Shown here piece after piece: positions 56,922 to 64,000 of a DNA stretch of 64,000 bases. The number at the start of each line of letters is the position of its first letter. Position 1 is the first letter of the stretch. The notes under the pieces were generated by a model, which did not search any database, was not told the DNA's origin, and saw only the letters and a list, made by a program, of their open reading frames with translations. The stretch is taken from contig CAVYXJ010000007.1 of assembly GCA_963772455.1 (NCBI GenBank), forward strand, positions 256,001 through 320,000, read 5' to 3'. The position numbers and the translations under genes were made by a program. This DNA is from Candidatus Bathyarchaeota archaeon (lineage in GTDB: Archaea; Thermoproteota; Bathyarchaeia; Bathyarchaeales; Bathycorpusculaceae).

Positions 56922-58151
56922 TTAGTTTTTCCATTTTTTTAGTGCGAGAGCAAGTTCCTTGTGGTTTTTGGCATATTCGTCCAGAGTTTTTTCATATAGA
57001 GTTGCGTCGACTGCTTGACGCATTGCTTTGGCGCCATATACTGTGCCTTCAGGATGACCGTGGATACCACCGCCTGCTTGAATAACGAAATCGTTGCCAA
57101 AAGTCTCCATTAGGGCAGGCACCAATCGTGGATGCAAACCGCCGCTGGCAACGGGCAAAACAGGTCTTAATAAACCCAAATCTGATTTGCAAGCAGATAA
57201 ATTCTCGATTACCTCTTCTTTTGTCTCAGACATTTTACCGACAACCGTACCAACATGAAGTTGGTCTACCCCAATTACTCGTGCAACCGTAGCAATGGGT
57301 TTCATAGCGATTCCGTGCAATGGGTTCTTGGTGAAAGCCGCGTGCCCTGCTCGGTGAGCGTGAATGACCAGTTTGAAGTTTTGTTCTCTTAGTGTTTGTA
57401 GCGCGGACCAACCACAAGTTAGAATATCTATCATAACATATTCTCCACCTTGATCAACGACTGTCTGTGCCCGTTTTAGCATGGTTTGTGTTTCGTCGGT
57501 GATGTTTATCATATAGACTTTGCGTTCATTTGTTTCTTCTTGGGCTTTGTCACGACTCTCCAGCGTTTTAGTTAATCGTTCTTCGAAGGGATTAAAACTT
57601 TGACTACTAAGATTCTCATCATCTTTCACGATATCGCAACCGCCAAACCAAGCATCGTATGCGACTTTGGCGTGATCTTTAGTTTCTAACCCAAGTTTAG
57701 GCTTAATAATTGTGCCAACAAAGGGTCGCTTGGGCACTTTTAGAAGTTTTCGGATTCCAGATATACCAAATGCTGGTCCATTGAAACTGCCTAAGAGGTG
57801 TTCGGAGAATTCTATGTCGAGAAGGCGCAGGTTTTTTAGGGCTTTAAGCCCAAAAACGTTGCCTGCAACGCTGCTCAGAATGTTTGGCATGTTGCCTGGT
57901 TCAAAAAGTTCATCTGAATAGGCGATTTTGATTATGCTTCCGTCTATGTTGAAAACGTGTGCTGCCAGCCTTTTAACGTAGGGCTTCTCAGTCGTCAACT
58001 CTGTCCATGTGCCAACGGAACTTTCCGCTGCTACACCGCCTGCAGCTTCTTTCAAGCTGATGCCTTCAGGCTCAACAAAGAAGGTGCAAATTAAATCTGT
58101 TTCTTTGGGCTTGTAAGCTAAATCTACAAAGTCAAGATATTTCAAGAACAA
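56922..58151 (-). CDS. rbcL: Form III RuBisCO large subunit
   Basis: AAESSVGTWT, GTIIKPKLG, KDDEN, HAHRAGH, GKM, SGGLHP, QAGGGIHGHP. Confidence 0.94.
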   Translation of the reverse strand: MFLKYLDFVDLAYKPKETDLICTFFVEPEGISLKEAAGGVAAESSVGTWTELTTEKPYVKRLAAHVFNIDGSIIKIAYSDELFEPGNMPNILSSVAGNVFGLKALKNLRLLDIEFSEHLLGSFNGPAFGISGIRKLLKVPKRPFVGTIIKPKLGLETKDHAKVAYDAWFGGCDIVKDDENLSSQSFNPFEERLTKTLESRDKAQEETNERKVYMINITDETQTMLKRAQTVVDQGGEYVMIDILTCGWSALQTLREQNFKLVIHAHRAGHAAFTKNPLHGIAMKPIATVARVIGVDQLHVGTVVGKMSETKEEVIENLSACKSDLGLLRPVLPVASGGLHPRLVPALMETFGNDFVIQAGGGIHGHPEGTVYGAKAMRQAVDATLYEKTLDEYAKNHKELALALKKWKN

Positions 58152-58221
58152 TCCTCGCCTGCTAGATTCAGTGGGAATGCCTTAAAATCTTTAACTATTT
58201 CCCAACCCTAAATGTAATTGG

Positions 58222-59775
58222 ATGTCTAAAATGGATTTAACCGTTGAAGTTCTAATGATCACCACGGGCGGAAGCAGAATCGCTCTTCTTAGTGAACAAA
58301 GTGCGAACCTTTTAGGTGTACATAGCTCCGATAGAATAAAAATTTCTTTCAAAAACCAAGAGATGATTGCTATCGCAAATATCGCTGATTATTTCCCTCC
58401 AAATCGTATTGGACTTTACCGAGAAACTATTGCTGCCCTTGGGGTTAAAGAGGCTGATTCGGTTAAGGTTGAGTTGGCGGCACTTCCCGAATCGCTATTC
58501 AATATTCGCGCTAAGTTACATGGGGAACGATTGCTTGAGAAAGATATTGTAGCTATTGTAAAGGACGTGGTTGAGAGGCACTTGAGTACGGTTGAAATCG
58601 CTGCATTCCTTACTGCATTAAGTATTCATGGTTTAAGCACAGGCGAAACTGAAGCTTTGTCTAGAGCAATGATTTCTACAGGCAGAACGATTGATTTTGG
58701 CGAAGGACCTATCCTTGACAAACACAGTGTAGGAGGAATCCCGGGCGACAAAACCAGCATGCTCGTTGTACCTATCGTTGCAGCTGCAGGATTCACCATT
58801 CCGAAAACTTCTTCACGAGCAATAACTTCGCCAGCTGGCACGGCAGACAGAGTTGAGACTCTCTGCCCAGTTAATCTATCTATAAAAGAAATTAAAGAAG
58901 TCGTTGCAAAAACTAACGGATGCCTAGTCTGGGGTGGCTCATTGGAGCTTGCGCCAGCCGACGATCTTTTTATCCAAGTTGAATACCCTCTGGGAATTGA
59001 CCCCATGCTTTTACCCTCAATTCTAAGCAAGAAAAAAGCCATCGGAGCTACACATGTAGTCATAGACATTCCAACTGGAATGGGAGCAAAAATCAAAACT
59101 CGAACAGAAGCTTACACTTTAGCTTCGGACTTTGTAGATTTAGGCAAACGTCTAGGATTAAACATTCAATGCGCCCTTACTTACGGTGAACAACCTCTGG
59201 GCTGCGGTATCGGACCAGCTTTGGAAGCACGGGAAGCTCTGACTACTCTAATGGGTGAAGGTCCTCCTGATTTGCGAGAAAAAGCAGTTAGCCTTGCAAG
59301 CATGCTTTTTGAAATGGTAGGCGTGGAAAATCCGCGTCGAATGGCTGAAGACATGATTGATTCAGGTAAAGCAATGAAAAAAATGCGGGAAATTATTGAG
59401 GCTCAGGGAGGCGATCCAACGATCAAGCCTGAAGATCTACCAGTGGGACCTGAGTCGGTTAAAGTGCGATCTCAACATGCTGGCAAAGTGCTGTGGCTTA
59501 GCACGGATGACATTGTAAGGATTGCTCGTGAAGCTGGAGCACCTAAAGAAAAAGGTGCAGGTGTAGTTTTGCATGCAAAGTTGGGTGGCGACGTTCATAA
59601 AAATGGTGTGTTATTTGAAATTTATGCGGAAAGATCAAGCAAATTGGAATCTGCGTTAGAGCTTGCCGGACAATTGTCGCCAATCGTACTTAGCAAGAAG
59701 CCTGAAGAAAAAATGATTCTAGACAAAGTACCAGAAAAAATAACGCATGAAAAAGCGTTTATGTTAGACAGATAA
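58222..59775 (+). CDS. AMP phosphorylase
   Basis: N-terminal extension, DKHSVGGIPGDKT, KTSSRAITSPAGTAD, GPALEA, GAP..KGAG. Confidence 0.93.
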   Translation: MSKMDLTVEVLMITTGGSRIALLSEQSANLLGVHSSDRIKISFKNQEMIAIANIADYFPPNRIGLYRETIAALGVKEADSVKVELAALPESLFNIRAKLHGERLLEKDIVAIVKDVVERHLSTVEIAAFLTALSIHGLSTGETEALSRAMISTGRTIDFGEGPILDKHSVGGIPGDKTSMLVVPIVAAAGFTIPKTSSRAITSPAGTADRVETLCPVNLSIKEIKEVVAKTNGCLVWGGSLELAPADDLFIQVEYPLGIDPMLLPSILSKKKAIGATHVVIDIPTGMGAKIKTRTEAYTLASDFVDLGKRLGLNIQCALTYGEQPLGCGIGPALEAREALTTLMGEGPPDLREKAVSLASMLFEMVGVENPRRMAEDMIDSGKAMKKMREIIEAQGGDPTIKPEDLPVGPESVKVRSQHAGKVLWLSTDDIVRIAREAGAPKEKGAGVVLHAKLGGDVHKNGVLFEIYAERSSKLESALELAGQLSPIVLSKKPEEKMILDKVPEKITHEKAFMLDR

Positions 59776-59785
59776 AAGTGGGCAT

Positions 59786-60160
59786 TTACCTTGCAATTGC
59801 CCCACCAATTAAACCGCCAATCGCTGAAATCACTGTGACAAGAACGCCCAAAATAAGAATAATAATTCCAAGAGCTAATCCCGCTAAGCCGCCGAATAGA
59901 ACACCAAGGAAACCATGTACGAGTCCGCCTGCCACTATAAAGCCCAAAAAAGCCAAAATTGCCAATGCAATGGAACTAAAGATGCCAGAGAGCAAACCCG
60001 CAATTGCGCCACCCACTATTCCTCTTGCAATAAGCCCAGCAACTATTCCCCCGATGAAGCCACCAAGAATATAACCGATGCCAGGATAAATTATGCTAAG
60101 AATTACCGTTATAATGAAGCCAACTAGTACACCAAATCCGATGCTACCCAAAGTTTTCAC
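59786..60160 (-). CDS. Small Gly-rich membrane protein (DUF5518-like)
   Basis: Helices rich in GxxxG. Confidence 0.65.
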   Translation of the reverse strand: MKTLGSIGFGVLVGFIITVILSIIYPGIGYILGGFIGGIVAGLIARGIVGGAIAGLLSGIFSSIALAILAFLGFIVAGGLVHGFLGVLFGGLAGLALGIIILILGVLVTVISAIGGLIGGAIAR

Positions 60161-60200
60161 TTACCCTTGCATAGAAAAAGAAAAAATAAAAAGATTCGCC

Positions 60201-60899
60201 TTATCGTGACCTTGAATTACGCACCTTAGGCTCAAGAAGCGTCCATAACCATTCAGCAAATTCTTGAAGATTCTTTGTTTGGATATAGACATCTCCTGGA
60301 CCAGTGATTTGTGTAACTAATCCTTCGCCGCCAAGCAATGTTTCTTTTAAGCCACCGAACCCCGTGACTTTATAGCTGCACGTTTCGCTGAAGCCAACCA
60401 AGTGAAAATTGTCTACAATTAGAGTTTGACCAGGCTGCAAAGTATGAGTATCGATTGCACCGAAAGTATTGATGAACATTTGTCCGCTTCCATTTGCTCT
60501 AAGCATGAATAATCCTTGTCCGAAGAGTCCTTTTGTGAATCCTTCCCATTTCACATCTAGATCTATTCCCTGTGTTGAAGCTATGTATGCAGATTTCTGT
60601 ATAACATAACCATTCCCAGGCGCAATATCCAATTGCTTTATGTCACCGACTGGAGCAGCTACAAAACCAGCTTCCCCAGCTCCACTAGTGCAAGTATAAT
60701 CGTTTACCCAGAAAGATTGCCCCCCGATAAGGCTTAAACCCAACGTTCCAAGAAGACTCTTTTCTCTTTTGCGAGTATGAACTTCAATGTTTGGAGTCAT
60801 ATAGGTCATAGCGCCTGCTTCAGCTGTGATACTTTCGCCTTGATCAAAATTCACAACCAACAGGGCATACGAGGGTTTATACTTAACATCAAATTTCAT
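60201..60899 (-). CDS. TIGR00266/AIM24-family protein
   Basis: AEAGAM, GGQSF, GLF, VDNFH, GGEGLV..GPG. Confidence 0.88.
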   Translation of the reverse strand: MKFDVKYKPSYALLVVNFDQGESITAEAGAMTYMTPNIEVHTRKREKSLLGTLGLSLIGGQSFWVNDYTCTSGAGEAGFVAAPVGDIKQLDIAPGNGYVIQKSAYIASTQGIDLDVKWEGFTKGLFGQGLFMLRANGSGQMFINTFGAIDTHTLQPGQTLIVDNFHLVGFSETCSYKVTGFGGLKETLLGGEGLVTQITGPGDVYIQTKNLQEFAEWLWTLLEPKVRNSRSR

Positions 60900-60995
60900 A
60901 GTTTTTACTTCCTTACTTGCGTTACTTATAAAAGATGGATATGCGAGTTTCTTATAAAACTTAAGTTTAGGGCAATTATAGGCTTGGCAAAAAAA

Positions 60996-61682
60996 ATGGG
61001 CGGTAAAGTTTGGACAATACTAAAGAAAATATTCAGTTTAGCGTTAATCTTCAACGCCCTCATAACTATAGCCGTAGTTGCGGGGATCCTGTATGGTTTT
61101 TACCGGGCTAATTACGCTTGGAAACCATTTGCGCCCTATTTGATCGAAGGTAACTTGTTTTGGTTTGCAATTGCAGCGGGTATGATTAACATTTTTCCCA
61201 GTGCATGCATCGGTCGCGCTTTGCATACAGGGCGATTCTTGTTTCATCACTACGTTTACGGTTCTTTAGTTCTTTTATTCGCATGTTTGTTTGTTGTGTT
61301 TTTTACCCCAGTTTCTTTAATCTACATTTTCCTAATAACTTCAAGTGACTTGGCGATCAATGTCGGGCGCTTCTTTATTTTAGCAGGGTTAACTCTGCTG
61401 TTCGACGATTTGCCTGATGTTTCAGAACGAATTGAATCCATGTTGAACTGGGTAAAAACCAAAGCCTGCCAGGCAAAAAAACCTCTCCATGCACTTCAAT
61501 TAGTAACAGGGTTGGTTTCGCTCTATCTTTTAATTTCCGTTTCAATTACTACAACATTAAACCCTGAACGGATCGTAAACAATATTTTCTTAATCGCCAC
61601 CCTACTTGTAACAGTCATCACATCTCTTGCTCTAGTAAAAAGAAAAGCGTGGCTAAAAATTACACCCCCTAATTGCAATTAA
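60996..61682 (+). CDS. Hypothetical multi-TM membrane protein
   Basis: LFHHYVYG, DDLPD; start set at ATG 60996. Confidence 0.65.
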   Translation: MGGKVWTILKKIFSLALIFNALITIAVVAGILYGFYRANYAWKPFAPYLIEGNLFWFAIAAGMINIFPSACIGRALHTGRFLFHHYVYGSLVLLFACLFVVFFTPVSLIYIFLITSSDLAINVGRFFILAGLTLLFDDLPDVSERIESMLNWVKTKACQAKKPLHALQLVTGLVSLYLLISVSITTTLNPERIVNNIFLIATLLVTVITSLALVKRKAWLKITPPNCN

Positions 61683-62395
61683 TGCTTTTGTCTGATGAGT
61701 TCTTTTCCAATAGTTTCTAATTGTTCACGAGATAAACGTCGAGAACTGCTAAACCCTACGATATGATTGGGCACTTGCGAAAGTTTGAGAATGGGAACTG
61801 TTGGATTGCTAACATGGAGGGTTGAACGATTGTTAGTTAGAACCACTATACCTTCAACCCAGATGCCCAATGATCTCAGATTCTGATTGTTTTCAATTAT
61901 TTGTTTTATTTTTGCAGCGTTTCGTTTAACTTGACGACTTGGGCTTCCTGAAAAATTGCGCTTTCCACCTCGTTCCCACTCGTCGCCTCTACAAGATATA
62001 GTTCCGCTCCAGTTCTTAGTCTCCAAAACAAAAACGCCATTGGGTCCCAAAACGATGTGATCAATGTCTCCTCCACCTTTACCTAGGTACAGATCGTTTA
62101 AGAGGTAATAATCATCGCCCAAACTGTGAGTTAGGAGATCAGAGACTTGTTTTTCGCCAACCCAGCCACCTCTGTAAATTTGGTACTTATGGAGGTAAAA
62201 GTAAAAAGCTACAAATGGAATAATCAAGAAAATTAATCCAACCTCCTCTAAAATGCCTACTTGAAGGTTGGATAAGATTCGATATATTAAAAGAGCAAAA
62301 AAAGCCGCAAACACAATTGCACTGAGCGTTGCTTTGGCAAGGTTTTTCCAAACTTGATTTTTAAGGTAGCTGCTGGAGCCTTTAATTTTTCGCAT
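61679..62395 (-). CDS. NERD nuclease-related domain membrane protein
   Basis: Two TMs, G..GE, DIDHIVLGPNGVFVLETKNWSG, SPSRQ. Confidence 0.88.
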   Translation of the reverse strand: MRKIKGSSSYLKNQVWKNLAKATLSAIVFAAFFALLIYRILSNLQVGILEEVGLIFLIIPFVAFYFYLHKYQIYRGGWVGEKQVSDLLTHSLGDDYYLLNDLYLGKGGGDIDHIVLGPNGVFVLETKNWSGTISCRGDEWERGGKRNFSGSPSRQVKRNAAKIKQIIENNQNLRSLGIWVEGIVVLTNNRSTLHVSNPTVPILKLSQVPNHIVGFSSSRRLSREQLETIGKELIRQKH

Positions 62396-62426
62396 CGATT
62401 TAGATTGCGCTTGAAGCTATATTACA

Positions 62427-63836
62427 CTATTTCTTGTTAGTTAGGTATTCATGCATGGCTTTGGCTGCGCGTTTACCTGCGCCCATTGCACTGATGACAG
62501 TGGCTGCGCCTGTTGCAACGTCTCCTCCTGCGTAAACTCCATCTAAACTGGTCTTTCCGACTTCGTTAACGCATATAGTTCCGCGTTTTGGATCGCTTTG
62601 TAATCCGCCTGTTGTGCTTTGGATGATTGGGTTAGGGGTTTGTCCAATTGCGATTATAACAGTGTCGACATCCATGGTGAATTCGCTGCCTGGAACTTCT
62701 CTAACTCCTCTTCTGCCTTTTGCGTCTGGTTCAGTTAGTTCCATTGCGATAACTTTCATGGCTTTAACCCAACCTTTCTCGTCGCCATAGAACTCCATTG
62801 GTGCAGCAAGGAATTTGCAGACTAAGCCTTCTTCTTCTGCATTTTCAATTTCTTCAAGGCGCGCTGGCAATTCATTTCGTGAACGTCGATAAAGCAAGCA
62901 TACTTCACTGCCCAGTCGCATACTGCTTCTTGCACAGTCCATAGCAACGTTTCCTCCGCCGATAACCACGACTTTTTTGCCTAAACGTATTGGAGTGTCG
63001 TATTCTGGAAAAAGATATGCTTTCATGAGGTTAACGCGGATGAGGAATTCATTGGCACTAAAGATTCCTCCAAGGTTTTCCCCTGGGCATCCTGTGAACT
63101 GAGGTAAGCCTGCACCGCTCCCGATGAATACTGCGTCATAACCATTCTTCATAAGCTCAGGAATAGTATGTATTCTACCAATTAGGTTGCCAAGACGAAG
63201 GTCAACGCCTAGATTCTGGACGTAATTAACTTCACCTTGCACAATTGCCTTTGGTAAACGAAACTCTGGGATACCATAAGAAAGCACTCCGCCGCCAACG
63301 TGCAACGCTTCGAACATCGTTATTTTGTGACCGAGCTTAACAAGGTCAGCTGCAACTGTCAAACCTGCTGGACCTGCACCCACAACTGCTACTTTCTTGC
63401 CTGTATCAGGAGCTTTTGGTGGAAGTTGGGAGCCATTGTTTCTTTCCCAGTCTGCAAGGAAACGCTCTAAACGTCCAATGCTAATTGGGTCACCCATCTT
63501 GCCGATAACGCATTTGCTTTGACACTGCACTTCTTGTGGACAAACACGTCCGCAAACAGCAGGCAATGCATTTTTGGACTTAATAGCAGCTATACCTTCT
63601 GCATATTTCTTTTCTTTTATGCATTTGACAAATGTTGGAATAGGAACTTCTACTGGACAACCAGTTCTACATAGTGGATTGGGGCAGCAAAGACACCTAC
63701 TTGCTTCTTCTTGGGCTTCTGCTTCAGTATAACCTAATGCAACTTCACTGAAATTTTTAGCACGAACTTTAGGCTCTTGCTTAGCCATCTCTACTGCTTT
63801 CTTATTCAACTTTGGTTTAGGCTTTGTTTCTGCCAC
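62427..63836 (-). CDS. NfnB/SudA-like (GltD-like) NADPH-dependent oxidoreductase large subunit
   Basis: EASRCLCC, CGRVCPQE, GAGPAG, GGGNVAMD, AGGD; GTG start after GGAGGT. Confidence 0.9.
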   Translation of the reverse strand: MAETKPKPKLNKKAVEMAKQEPKVRAKNFSEVALGYTEAEAQEEASRCLCCPNPLCRTGCPVEVPIPTFVKCIKEKKYAEGIAAIKSKNALPAVCGRVCPQEVQCQSKCVIGKMGDPISIGRLERFLADWERNNGSQLPPKAPDTGKKVAVVGAGPAGLTVAADLVKLGHKITMFEALHVGGGVLSYGIPEFRLPKAIVQGEVNYVQNLGVDLRLGNLIGRIHTIPELMKNGYDAVFIGSGAGLPQFTGCPGENLGGIFSANEFLIRVNLMKAYLFPEYDTPIRLGKKVVVIGGGNVAMDCARSSMRLGSEVCLLYRRSRNELPARLEEIENAEEEGLVCKFLAAPMEFYGDEKGWVKAMKVIAMELTEPDAKGRRGVREVPGSEFTMDVDTVIIAIGQTPNPIIQSTTGGLQSDPKRGTICVNEVGKTSLDGVYAGGDVATGAATVISAMGAGKRAAKAMHEYLTNKK

Positions 63837-64000
63837 ACTTGCAACCTCCATTCATTTCCGACAATACTGAACTTAACCTTTCTTCGGGAAGCATCGTTCG
63901 CTGACGTATGATTAACTCATCAAAATCTGTCTTGTGACCGTCAAATTCTGGACCATCCACGCATCCGAACTTCATTTTGCCATCGACTGTAACTCGACAT
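63817..64000 (-). CDS. NfnA/SudB-like subunit, C-terminal fragment (runs off the window end)
   Basis: CRVTVDGKMKFGCVDGPEFDGHKTDFDEL..R. Confidence 0.85.
   Translation of the reverse strand, partial: CRVTVDGKMKFGCVDGPEFDGHKTDFDELIIRQRTMLPEERLSSVLSEMNGGCKCGRNKA

Noticed and set aside
62427-63851. True glutamate synthase small subunit
   Set aside because: The upstream NfnA/SudB-type partner favours an NfnAB-like transhydrogenase.

Overview
Archaeal chromosomal window, most consistent with Bathyarchaeia (TACK). This is inferred from the eukaryote-like topoisomerase IB, LysW pathway, Ftr, form III RuBisCO and integrase style; there is no rRNA to confirm it. Core content: a LysW-dependent lysine/arginine operon with a divergent Lrp regulator, rpiA, Alba, Mrp, aRF1, aIF2-alpha, pyrF and Ftr. 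It also carries a group 3b [NiFe]-hydrogenase with fused beta/gamma subunits, two P-type ATPases, a GT-C/PMT/GT2 glycosylation operon, a clustered AMP phosphorylase/R15P isomerase/RuBisCO trio and NfnAB-like genes. There are three tRNAs (Ala-TGC, Leu-TAG, Thr-GGT), four toxin-antitoxin loci, and two small tRNA-anchored islands bounded by degenerate tRNA 3' copies. The best candidate for an undescribed system is the operon at 8760-12107. It encodes a zinc-ribbon membrane protein, then a ~545-aa single-pass membrane protein (split here by a 1-nt frameshift) ending in a 10-Cys (CA)n-GGGGH tail, then a radical SAM/SPASM enzyme with a PqqD/RRE-like domain. This looks like a RiPP-type maturase acting on the tail of a large membrane protein. 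All assignments come from reading motifs; no searches were run.
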